Below are positions 1 to 7,707 of a stretch of DNA of 39,736 bases, one piece after another. Origin of the DNA: a phage. Position 1 is the stretch's first letter. Each line of letters begins with the position of its first letter. The stretch lies in sequence record PZ379179.1, one strand, 5' to 3'. A program made the translations under genes and the position numbers. Under the pieces are notes generated by a model. It was given only the letters and a program-made list of their open reading frames with translations. It did no database searches and had not been told where the DNA came from.

Positions 1-161
1 CCTCAAGTCTCCCCATAGGCCCTCTTTAAGTCAAGACCAAAGGCCCTACCCATAGACCTTCGGTCTAAACTTCAGGTCATTGACTCAAGGTTGACCAAAA
101 GTCATGACGATAGGTCTAGGCTATGGCTTAGGGAAGGACGATAGGTAGGGACTATTGGTCT
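1..161. repeat. Left direct terminal repeat (161 bp)
   Basis: Bases 1-161 are identical to 39576-39736 (CCTCAAGTCTCCCCATAGG...GGGACTATTGGTCT); T7-like genomes carry ~160-bp direct terminal repeats. Confidence 0.9.
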
Positions 162-164
162 GTC

Positions 165-340
165 TTTGAGTCTCTATCTGTATAACCATAAGTCACAACC
201 ATAGGTCACAGCCTACCTCTCACAACCATAAGTCATAACCTACAGTCTCACTAACCTACAGTCTCAACCATAAGACACCAACACCTACAGTCATAGACCT
301 ACAGTTAATAGACACAAGGCTATAGACTTAAGGTCTAAGA
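165..340. repeat. Array of short degenerate direct repeats inside the left end
   Basis: Reiterated units such as AACCATAAGTCA and CCTACAGTC (e.g. 195-310); no coding signal. Comparable to T7 end-proximal short repeats. Confidence 0.5.
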
Positions 341-556
341 CATGTTAGTCAAAGACTATATCCTCTTACACCATGGGGCCGACGATAGCTTAATCAATAT
401 TATTTCGAATTACCTATTGACTATAGGTCCAGACTATGGCCTAATAGCTTCCGTCAACACGACACGGCAACAACCGGATAGTGAAGACGCCGGTCCGGTC
501 CGGTTAAGTAGTCAGCCTGTAAGACATACGAACAACAGGCAACCGACAGAAAGTAG

Positions 557-586
557 TTGACAGGCAGTAACGACTTAAAGTAATAT
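557..586 (+). promoter_or_regulatory. Candidate host sigma70 early promoter (A1-like)
   Basis: TTGACA (557-562), 18-bp spacer, TAATAT (581-586); lies upstream of the first early gene, where T7 has its strong E. coli promoters. Confidence 0.45.
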
Positions 587-736
587 GTACCACATCGAAA
601 CAACGGTGATGACCAACACTGAATGGTCTACCTGAAGTCCTCTGACTGAAGGGAATGCTCTTTAACAATCTGGATAAACTCTTAATGTGCGCCGATAGCG
701 ACTAACTACAGGGCCTTTGAGTCTACATCTGAAGGC

Positions 737-756
737 CCTGACTGATAGTCACTAAC
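737..756 (+). promoter_or_regulatory. Conserved early-region box CCTGACTGATAGTCACTAAC, copy 1
   Basis: 20-nt box also at 1054-1073 and 1782-1801, each preceded by ACTACAGG and 8-29 nt upstream of an early gene start; candidate RNase III processing or regulatory site. Confidence 0.35.
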
Positions 757-772
757 TTAAAGGATGGACACT

Positions 773-1018
773 ATGAAACACTTAAGCACAATCACTAATC
801 GCAATGAAGTATTCGTGAACACTAAAGGTTATGCGTGGATTCAGCTTAAAGAGGTGACAGGAGCGCGTCACCGTGTGGTAGTGCGCAAGGTATCAAGCAA
901 GCAGTTCAGCAACTACAGCGTCGATACTGTGCGTATAGACAACGAGACATACCTGATAGACTCGCAGATAACCGTGAGTCCTACAGTGGGCGTCTCAGCT
1001 CCTTATTTCGCTAACTGA
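773..1018 (+). CDS. Hypothetical early protein, first gene of the genome (81 aa)
   Basis: Track ORF 764..1018; the AGGA overlaps the ATG at 764, so the ATG at 773 (8 nt downstream) is the better start. No recognisable domain. Confidence 0.55.
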   Translation: MKHLSTITNRNEVFVNTKGYAWIQLKEVTGARHRVVVRKVSSKQFSNYSVDTVRIDNETYLIDSQITVSPTVGVSAPYFAN

Positions 1019-1053
1019 GAGTGATTAACTACAGGTCGTTAGACTGATAGCGG

Positions 1054-1073
1054 CCTGACTGATAGTCACTAAC
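1054..1073 (+). promoter_or_regulatory. Conserved early-region box, copy 2
   Basis: Identical 20-mer CCTGACTGATAGTCACTAAC, 29 nt upstream of the Ocr-like gene start. Confidence 0.35.
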
Positions 1074-1101
1074 ACATACTTAACTTTGAGAGGATATAAC
1101 T

Positions 1102-1605
1102 ATGGAACGTAATGCTAACGCATTCTATGAGCTGCTGGCTGCAACCGTTGAGGCATTTATCGAGCGTATTCAGTACGACCACCTGACTCAAGATGACGAC
1201 TACAGCGCTGCGCTGCATGAGGTCGTAGACGGTCAGGTTCCACACTATTACCACGAGATTTTTACGGTGATGGCTGCTGATGGTATAGACAACGAGTTCG
1301 AAGACTCTGGGATGATACCTGAAACCAAGGACGTAACGCGTATCCTACAAGCTCGCATCTATGAGGCACTTTATAACGACGTGTCTAATAGCTTGGATGT
1401 AGTCTGGTTTGAGGATGAAGAGGCAGACGAAGAGGATGAATATTGGGTAGTTGACGCTAAAACAGGCGCAATAATTGTGCAAGCTGTAGCTCTTGAGGTC
1501 GCTACTGCATGTGCCAAGGTCAACTATGTGATAGGTCGCCACCTTCAGGTGGAAGACATCAATGATAACGTAGTGTTTGACCCTGCTGCTGAGGACTGCG
1601 AGTGA
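1102..1605 (+). CDS. ocr: Ocr-like anti-restriction DNA-mimic protein (T7 gp0.3 homolog) with C-terminal extension
   Basis: 167 aa; [43 protein letters not shown] matches recalled T7 Ocr ([43 protein letters not shown]). Acidic run [10 protein letters not shown], then ~50 extra residues absent from the 117-aa T7 protein. GAGAGGA RBS 7 nt upstream. Confidence 0.85.
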   Translation: [167 protein letters not shown]

Positions 1606-1781
1606 TGGTAACTTATGGCCTCTGCCAGCACCACGTCACTAACGCCCGGCTTATGGTCAAGACCGGGCAGTTAGACCACGATTGGGCTATGCGTCTCTTG
1701 AAAGTGGTCTACAGGAGACGCAAGCGTATACACGACAGTTTACACGCTAAGTGACAGACTACAGGTCATCAATGCTGGTGG

Positions 1782-1801
1782 CCTGACTGATAGTCATTAA
1801 C
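1782..1801 (+). promoter_or_regulatory. Conserved early-region box, copy 3 (CCTGACTGATAGTCATTAAC)
   Basis: One mismatch to copies 1 and 2; 8 nt upstream of the ATG at 1809. Confidence 0.35.
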
Positions 1802-1808
1802 AACTGAG

Positions 1809-2045
1809 ATGGAAGATATGAACACAATCACTGGTGCCATAACCAAAGGTTTTCGAGCAATTTTCGGTGAAACGCAAGAAGTATGCACCAATCATAAATT
1901 CGTACTTTCTTGCGTAGCAGGTGACGAGTTTGACGGGTTCGATAAACTGGTGGTTTGCGACCATTGCGGACAAGAGGCTATCCAACACTCAAACGGTAAA
2001 TTTGAATTAATAGACGATAGCCTTACAGAAGGAGACGGCGAGTAA
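1809..2045 (+). CDS. Hypothetical early protein, Cys-containing (78 aa)
   Basis: Track ORF with ATG start; contains CDHCG and other Cys residues (possible metal site). Sits where T7 has genes 0.4-0.6; no similarity recognised. Confidence 0.5.
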   Translation: MEDMNTITGAITKGFRAIFGETQEVCTNHKFVLSCVAGDEFDGFDKLVVCDHCGQEAIQHSNGKFELIDDSLTEGDGE

Positions 2046-2177
2046 CCTAAATAAACAGGAGAGAACCAAATCATAGCTTGACCATAACACTGACGTGATG
2101 GTACTGAGTGATAGACGAGAGGTCATCGACTGATAGGTGGCCTCAAAGATTACCACTTACATTGATAGGATTTAACT

Positions 2178-2282
2178 ATGAGCACTGCAATCATCTGGAC
2201 TATCTCAGGCTTCGTAGCGTGGGGAATGTTTACTCTAGTCTGCAAACTACCGGTCCTTACTCAACTGTTATGGGGCTTATGA
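2178..2282 (+). CDS. Small hydrophobic peptide (34 aa), candidate membrane protein
   Basis: ATG at 2178 with TAGGA RBS 7 nt upstream; MSTAIIWTISGFVAWGMFTLVCKLPVLTQLLWGL is one predicted TM helix. Below the track size cut-off. Confidence 0.35.
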   Translation: MSTAIIWTISGFVAWGMFTLVCKLPVLTQLLWGL

Positions 2283-2482
2283 CTATGGGTCTTGCACTAT
2301 TGATAGCCATAGGCTATGGACTTATCGCCTACGTGCTGGTGAGAGACATCAACAAATCGCGTAAAGTCTACAAATTCAAATATGTACGTCTGGGTAGCTG
2401 GACTGTACGTCAACCTAACGGACGATTCATGCGTAACTTAGCGAACGTCTGGGATATAGCAACACTTGGGAGCAAACTGTAA
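2270..2482 (+). CDS. Small membrane protein (about 65-70 aa), start uncertain
   Basis: The track ORF 2108..2482 opens with GTG and no RBS. In-frame ATGs at 2270, 2279 and 2285 (the last is 3 nt after the stop of the 2178 ORF) precede a hydrophobic segment LALLIAIGYGLIAYVLV. Stop overlaps the next ATG. Confidence 0.35.
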   Translation: MGLMTMGLALLIAIGYGLIAYVLVRDINKSRKVYKFKYVRLGSWTVRQPNGRFMRNLANVWDIATLGSKL

Positions 2483-2808
2483 TGAACAAGTCATACGGGA
2501 TTAATCTGGTACACTCTATGGACGCAGACATGCAAATGTTAAGCCTACTGGCTACCGGGTATCGTCACGGAACGTCAAGTCACTCCGCACGTCAACAGCA
2601 GGAGCGGGACCGGGTACTGCAAGCAAGACTCCGGGCTGAGGGCCATAAGTCCGAACTAATGTGTCTGGCGTATGGTGGACGACCAATCACTGACGATGGT
2701 AAACTTTTAGTCTCAGGCTGGAAGGCGATAGACCAACGGTCAACCATCAAGCACACGACTCATGGTGACTTCAGTCATCTCCACGCTAACCCGCTGATAT
2801 GCAAGTAA
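2482..2808 (+). CDS. Hypothetical early protein (108 aa)
   Basis: ATG overlaps the upstream stop (TAATG), suggesting translational coupling. Last ORF before the RNA polymerase; no recognisable domain and no kinase motifs. Confidence 0.5.
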   Translation: MNKSYGINLVHSMDADMQMLSLLATGYRHGTSSHSARQQQERDRVLQARLRAEGHKSELMCLAYGGRPITDDGKLLVSGWKAIDQRSTIKHTTHGDFSHLHANPLICK

Positions 2809-2813
2809 TTCTG

Positions 2814-2836
2814 ACTTAACTATCACTATAGGACTC
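2814..2836 (+). promoter_or_regulatory. Phage RNAP promoter upstream of the RNAP gene
   Basis: TTAACTATCACTATAGGA matches the genome-wide promoter consensus; predicted +1 G at 2831. Followed by direct repeats AAGTGAAAGAC (x2) before the RNAP start. Confidence 0.6.
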
Positions 2837-2905
2837 AAGGTCTAAGACTCCAAGTGAAAGACCAAAGAGACTTTAAGTGAAAGACTAATAACAAGGACTT
2901 TAAGT

Positions 2906-5587
2906 ATGAGCGTCATCTCTATTGACAAGCACGACTTCTCTGATGTATCGAACGCCATTGAGCCGTTTAACCTACTGGCTGACCACTACGGGCAAGACCT
3001 TGCAGTCAAACAGCTTCAGCTTGAGCACGAGGCATACACTGAAGGCGAGCGACGTTTCATCAAGAACCTTGAGAGACAGACTGAGCGAGGGGAACTGGCA
3101 GACAATCAGGTCGCCAAGCCTTTGATGCAGACTCTGGTCCCTAAGATTGCGCAAGCCGTCAAGGAGTGGCATGAAGGTCCAGACGGGAAGCTGTCAACCT
3201 CTCGTCCGAGCGTAGCGTTCACCATGTTGAGCACTGAAGAGAAGGCCGTAAAGGTCCGCTCTTTGCGCATCTCCTGCGAGTCTGCTGCGGTTATCATACT
3301 GAAGGTCATACTCTCCAAGCTGGTCAAGCCTGAAGGGATACCGATTACACCGATGGCCTCAGCGATAGGTCGCACACTTGAGGACGAAATCCGCTTCGGT
3401 CGCATCCGTGACAAGGAGAAAGAGCACTTCAAGAAGGCGATAGCTGATAACCTGAATAAGCGGGCCGGGGCGTCCTACAAGAAAGCCTACATGCAAGCGG
3501 TCGAGGCATCCATGCTGGAGCAAGGCCAACTGGAAGATGCGTGGGGGACTTGGAGTCCGACCGAGGCTGTCCACGTTGGAATCAAGATGCTGGAGATTGT
3601 CATCCAGTCCACACAACTGGTCGAGCTTAAGCGTTACGGTGCTGGCAATGCAGCGGCTGACGTTGAGATGGTCCACCTGTCAGACTTCTGGGTCAAGAAG
3701 ATGGCACAACGAGGATTCAGCCTTGCGGGTATAGCTCCAGTCTACCAGCCTTGCGTCGTTCCACCTAAGCCGTGGACTGGTGTCGTAGGCGGTGGGTACT
3801 GGGCCAAAGGACGCAGACCATTACCACTGATTCGCTTAGGGTCTAAGTCTGCGGTAGCACGCTACGAAGACGTGTATATGCCTGAAGTCTATGACGCTGT
3901 GAACATCATTCAGAATACACCTTGGAAAGTGAACAAGAAGGTTCTGGAAGTGGTGAACATGGTCGAGAAGCTGAACAACACGCCTATTGATGACATCCCT
4001 CAGATGGAACCGCTGAAGCCTGAGGACTATGCGGGTGAGACTGAAGAAGAACTCAAGGCATGGAAGAAGGCTGCTGCTGGTATCTATCGCCGCGAGAAGG
4101 CCAGACAGTCACGAAGATTGTCACTGAGCTTTATCGTCAACCAAGCGAACAAGTTCTCTCAGTTCAAGGCCATCTGGTTCCCGTATAACATGGACTGGCG
4201 CGGTCGCGTCTACGCTGTGCCGATGTTCAACCCTCAGGGTAACGACATGCAAAAGGGTCTTCTGACTCTGGCAGTCGGTAAGCCTATTGGTGCTGATGGT
4301 TTCAAATGGCTGAAGGTCCACGGTGCAAACTGCGCGGGTGTCGATAAAGTCACCTTCGAGGAGCGTATCAAGTGGGTGGAAGATAACCACGAAAACATCA
4401 TGGCTGCTGCCAAGGCACCGATGGATAGCATTGAGTGGTGGGGCAAGTTAGACTCTCCGTTCTGCTTCCTAGCGTTCTGCTTCGAGTATGCTGGCGTAAT
4501 GCACCACGGCTTGTCTTACTCCTGCTCGCTGCCGATAGCGTTCGATGGGTCCTGCTCTGGGATTCAGCACTTCAGCGCTATGCTTCGCGACCACATCGGT
4601 GGACATGCAGTAAACCTGACGCCATCCGGTAAGGTACAAGACATCTACCGAATTGTGTCTGACCGCATTGAGGAGCAGCTTAAAGTCCTGCTGATTAACG
4701 GTACTGACAACGAGATGGTCACTCACGAGGATAAGAAAACTGGTGAGATTACCGAACGTATCAAGCTGGGGACACGAGAGCTGGCCCGTCAGTGGCTGAC
4801 ATACGGTATGTCACGCAAGGTCACTAAGCGTTCAGTCATGACTCTGGCATACGGGTCGAAAGAGTACGGCTTCGCAGACCAAGTTTACGAGGACATCGTG
4901 ATGCCAGCGATTGACTCAGGGTATGGCGCTATGTTCACCGAGCCAAGCCAAGCGTCTCGATTCATGGCTAAGATGATTTGGGAAGCTGTGAGTGTGACCG
5001 TAGTTGCTGCGGTTGACGCGATGAAGTGGCTTCAAGGTGCTGCCAAGCTGCTGGCTGCTGAAGTGAAGGACAAGAAGACTGGCGAAATCCTGAAGCCATG
5101 CCTTCCGGTACACTGGGTAACACCTGATGGTTTCCCTGTCTGGCAGGAATACCGCAAGAAGGATACCACTCGTCTGAACCTGATGTTCTTAGGGTCATTC
5201 AACCTTCAGCCTACAGTCAACAAAGGAACGAAGAAAGAGCTTGACAAGCACAAGCAGGAGTCAGGCATTAGCCCTAACTTCGTCCACTCACAAGATGGTA
5301 GCCACCTGCGGAAGACTGTAGTCCACACTCACCGCAAGTATGGCGTGATGTCATTCGCAGTGATTCACGATAGCTTCGGGACCATCCCTGCTGACGCTGA
5401 GTATCTGTTCCGTGGTGTCCGTGAGACGATGGTCGAGACATACCGCGATAATGATGTGCTGCTTGACTTCTACGAGCAGTTCGAATACCAGCTTCATGAA
5501 AGTCAGCGCGACAAGTTGCCTGAGCTTCCGAAGAAAGGTAAACTGAATATCGAAGACATCTTGTCTTCAGACTTTGCATTCGCTTAA
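2906..5587 (+). CDS. Single-subunit DNA-directed RNA polymerase (T7 gene 1 homolog)
   Basis: 893 aa; collinear with recalled T7 RNAP, including AFDGSCSGIQHFSAMLRD, VIHDSFGTIPAD and the C-terminal DFAFA. AAGGA RBS 8 nt upstream. Confidence 0.97.
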   Translation: MSVISIDKHDFSDVSNAIEPFNLLADHYGQDLAVKQLQLEHEAYTEGERRFIKNLERQTERGELADNQVAKPLMQTLVPKIAQAVKEWHEGPDGKLSTSRPSVAFTMLSTEEKAVKVRSLRISCESAAVIILKVILSKLVKPEGIPITPMASAIGRTLEDEIRFGRIRDKEKEHFKKAIADNLNKRAGASYKKAYMQAVEASMLEQGQLEDAWGTWSPTEAVHVGIKMLEIVIQSTQLVELKRYGAGNAAADVEMVHLSDFWVKKMAQRGFSLAGIAPVYQPCVVPPKPWTGVVGGGYWAKGRRPLPLIRLGSKSAVARYEDVYMPEVYDAVNIIQNTPWKVNKKVLEVVNMVEKLNNTPIDDIPQMEPLKPEDYAGETEEELKAWKKAAAGIYRREKARQSRRLSLSFIVNQANKFSQFKAIWFPYNMDWRGRVYAVPMFNPQGNDMQKGLLTLAVGKPIGADGFKWLKVHGANCAGVDKVTFEERIKWVEDNHENIMAAAKAPMDSIEWWGKLDSPFCFLAFCFEYAGVMHHGLSYSCSLPIAFDGSCSGIQHFSAMLRDHIGGHAVNLTPSGKVQDIYRIVSDRIEEQLKVLLINGTDNEMVTHEDKKTGEITERIKLGTRELARQWLTYGMSRKVTKRSVMTLAYGSKEYGFADQVYEDIVMPAIDSGYGAMFTEPSQASRFMAKMIWEAVSVTVVAAVDAMKWLQGAAKLLAAEVKDKKTGEILKPCLPVHWVTPDGFPVWQEYRKKDTTRLNLMFLGSFNLQPTVNKGTKKELDKHKQESGISPNFVHSQDGSHLRKTVVHTHRKYGVMSFAVIHDSFGTIPADAEYLFRGVRETMVETYRDNDVLLDFYEQFEYQLHESQRDKLPELPKKGKLNIEDILSSDFAFA

Positions 5588-5602
5588 CAGGAGGAGAAGT
5601 AT

Positions 5603-5833
5603 ATGTCAATGAAACTTGTAGCACACAACAGGACATACAACGATGGGTCGGGACGTTGCCACGTAGAGCTGACTTATAAGGATTTAATCATTCTCCGAGA
5701 CAGATTACAGTCGGGTGTGACTGGGTGGATTCAACCTAACGAGTACAACCTTATAGCTTCGATTGATGAAGTTCTTAACGCGTGGATGGAAGACGAGCGC
5801 ATTCAGTATCCGTCATTCCCTCTAATTAGATAA
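5603..5833 (+). CDS. Hypothetical protein downstream of RNAP (76 aa)
   Basis: ATG with GGAGGAG RBS; no T7 counterpart at this position that I recognise. Confidence 0.55.
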   Translation: MSMKLVAHNRTYNDGSGRCHVELTYKDLIILRDRLQSGVTGWIQPNEYNLIASIDEVLNAWMEDERIQYPSFPLIR

Positions 5834-5843
5834 GGAGAGAGTT

Positions 5844-6059
5844 ATGAAATTTGCACACAAGCATACTGGCGTTAATGGTGGGACTCAAATCGTGACCGTA
5901 ACAGAACACAACGGCAAGGGTCTGGTGAAGACCACGGTCATCCCTACCGAGATGTCCAAGCAGCTTAACATCCCGTTCAAGACTCTTGTATATCTGGTCG
6001 AGTCCAGCCACGAGAAGTACCTGAAGGACGCAGTGTCCAAGCTGGAGCAGGCCAAATGA
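5844..6059 (+). CDS. Hypothetical protein (71 aa)
   Basis: ATG with AAGGAGA RBS; phage-typical codon usage. Confidence 0.55.
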   Translation: MKFAHKHTGVNGGTQIVTVTEHNGKGLVKTTVIPTEMSKQLNIPFKTLVYLVESSHEKYLKDAVSKLEQAK

Positions 6060-6124
6060 CAGACATACAGTTACTGGCCCTGTGGCTGGGAGCACTCGCA
6101 GTATTCACTTTAATCCAACGCAGA

Positions 6125-6147
6125 AGAGGTTAACCCTAAACTATCAC
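6125..6147 (+). promoter_or_regulatory. Phage RNAP promoter (phi1.1-like)
   Basis: CCTAAACTATCACTATAGGA; predicted +1 G at 6142. Confidence 0.7.
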
Positions 6148-6200
6148 TATAGGATTAGACTCAAGGTCATGACTCAAAGTCGTGGCCTTCATGATTAACC
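6144..6200 (+). ncRNA. Candidate RNase III processing hairpin (R1.1-like)
   Basis: GATTAGACTCAAGGTCATGACTCAAAGTCGTGGCCTTCATGATTAACC; related copies at 13375-13417 and 36131-36171. Resembles the T7 R1.1 site as I recall it (ACTCAAGGTCATTCGCAAGAGTGGCCTTTATGATTGACC). Confidence 0.45.
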
Positions 6201-6230
6201 CTAAATAAACACTACTGGAGATTTAACCGT

Positions 6231-6410
6231 ATGTATCAGAACACTATCAACTTCGAGCGCATCCGCGAACGTCAGCAGACTGAAGGTTACATCCCTAAGG
6301 GCCGCAAGCTGAACAAGACTAAACGTGGAGGAGGTATCAAAGGTGCTTTCCGTAACGCTGAAGGTAAAGACTCTATGGTTAACCAAGAGAAATACTTCGT
6401 AGGAGCATAA
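6231..6410 (+). CDS. Gene 1.1-like small basic protein (59 aa)
   Basis: GRKLNKTKR matches recalled T7 gp1.1; below the track size cut-off, found by manual translation. Confidence 0.65.
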   Translation: MYQNTINFERIRERQQTEGYIPKGRKLNKTKRGGGIKGAFRNAEGKDSMVNQEKYFVGA

Positions 6411-6414
6411 CCAA

Positions 6415-6678
6415 ATGGGCCGACTTTATAGTGGCAACCTCAACGATTTCAAAGCAGCGTGTCACAGGCTTTATCAGTTAGACTTCGCTGTCATATCTCA
6501 GGAGTTTCAAGACTATACGTCACGCCAAGAGTGTATGAAACTCAGGGTGGAGGACCGAGCTGGTAACATCTTCGCGCTTGAGACCTTCGCACACTACGAT
6601 GAAGACGTGCTGTATAATACCGCAACCGACTACCTCAACGGTCTCGCTGACCATCTCGACACATGGAGAAAAGAATAA
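6415..6678 (+). CDS. Gene 1.2-like inhibitor of host dGTPase (87 aa)
   Basis: MGRLYSGNLNDFKAA...LRVEDRAGN...HYDEDVLYN closely matches recalled T7 gp1.2 (MGRLYSGNLAAFKAA...LRIEDRSGN...HHDEDVLFN). AGGAG RBS. Confidence 0.85.
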   Translation: MGRLYSGNLNDFKAACHRLYQLDFAVISQEFQDYTSRQECMKLRVEDRAGNIFALETFAHYDEDVLYNTATDYLNGLADHLDTWRKE

Positions 6679-7706
6679 TGACAACTATCAAAACTAACCC
6701 TCACCGCGCTGTAGATTACTCTGAGTCTGGAATTAAGAAGGCACTGGAAGCAGCCGGGTCTCTGGAAGCTGAAGTGAAGTACGATGGTGTGCGCCTGAAC
6801 CTCCTGGTCCTGCGTGAAGGTGAGACCTACTGGCTTAGCCGCGAGTCGAAACCTCTACCAGCCTTGGAGTGGATGAACTCTGAGTTAGGTAATGCGTGGA
6901 CCCAAGCTGACTGGCGATGGTTCCTGCGTCAATCCGGCTACGAAGGTGTGGGCATGATGATTGATGGCGAGGTCATGGTCAAAGGTGTAGACTTCAACAC
7001 CTCCTCAGGTCTCATCCGAACGAAGTGGCTCAAGCCTAACAACGAGGAGTTCGCTGAATACTATTCGCCGGCGACTGGTGGAAAGAAGCTCCCGTTCTGG
7101 GGATCCCGGTCACGACTTCAGGTTGTGGTCTACGGTGTCATTGACATGACAACCATTGCTGACCCGAAAGCCGAAGGTCCTATCCATAGCGTAACCCGCC
7201 TGAAGGCCGAAGCTATCGTCCCTCTTCTCCAGAAATACTTCCCGGAAATCGACTGGGTTCTGTCTGAGAGTCATACAGTGTTCAACCTTGAGTCTCTTCG
7301 TGATTTGTACGAGGAGAAGCGAGCAGATGGACATGAAGGTCTGGTAGTCAAGGACCCACTGGGCAAATACAAGCGTGGTAAGAAGTCTGGTATGTGGAAG
7401 ATGAAGCCGAGTGAAGAGGCAGATGGTCACGTTGTTCGCCCGGTGTGGGGAACAGAAGGCCTAGCCAACGAAGGCATGGTCATCGGCTTTGACGTTATGC
7501 TCGAGAACGGGATGGAGGTCTCCGCAACTAACATTAGTCGCGCCCTTATGTCCGAGTTCACGGAGAACGTTAAGTCAGACCCTGACTACTACAAAGGGTG
7601 GGCTTGCCAGATTACCTACATGGAGGAGACACCAGATGGCTCATTGCGACACCCCTCGTTCTACCAGTGGCGTGGAACTGAGGATAATCCTACAGTCAAG
7701 ATTTAA
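6678..7706 (+). CDS. ATP-dependent DNA ligase (T7 gene 1.3 homolog)
   Basis: Adenylation motif KYDGVR; MTTIKTNP...SYWLSRESK...HEGLVVKDP...KRGKKSGMWKMKP...WACQITYMEETPDGSLRHPSF collinear with T7 ligase. Track ORF begins at 6663; the ATG at 6678 overlaps the gene 1.2 stop. Confidence 0.93.
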   Translation: MTTIKTNPHRAVDYSESGIKKALEAAGSLEAEVKYDGVRLNLLVLREGETYWLSRESKPLPALEWMNSELGNAWTQADWRWFLRQSGYEGVGMMIDGEVMVKGVDFNTSSGLIRTKWLKPNNEEFAEYYSPATGGKKLPFWGSRSRLQVVVYGVIDMTTIADPKAEGPIHSVTRLKAEAIVPLLQKYFPEIDWVLSESHTVFNLESLRDLYEEKRADGHEGLVVKDPLGKYKRGKKSGMWKMKPSEEADGHVVRPVWGTEGLANEGMVIGFDVMLENGMEVSATNISRALMSEFTENVKSDPDYYKGWACQITYMEETPDGSLRHPSFYQWRGTEDNPTVKI

Positions 7707-7707
7707 A

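Noticed and set aside
165-340. Short repeat arrays at both ends as a possible CRISPR array
   Set aside because: The units are about 9-12 bp, degenerate and not regularly interspaced with unique spacers; they are consistent with T7-type end-proximal repeats.
342-560. 72-aa + strand ORF in the left-end region
   Set aside because: It lies within the short-repeat, promoter-rich non-coding region, has no Shine-Dalgarno sequence, and its protein is low-complexity; T7-like genomes have no gene here.
2108-2482. Track ORF of 124 aa starting at 2108
   Set aside because: It opens with GTG and has no RBS, and its N-terminal half overlaps a better-supported small ORF (2178..2282) in another frame; only the ATG-initiated C-terminal part was retained, with low confidence.
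7489-7707. N-terminal 73 codons of the track ORF 7489..8118
   Set aside because: This segment is an alternative frame inside the ligase gene, beginning at TTG. Paralog alignment places the real HNH start at 7708.
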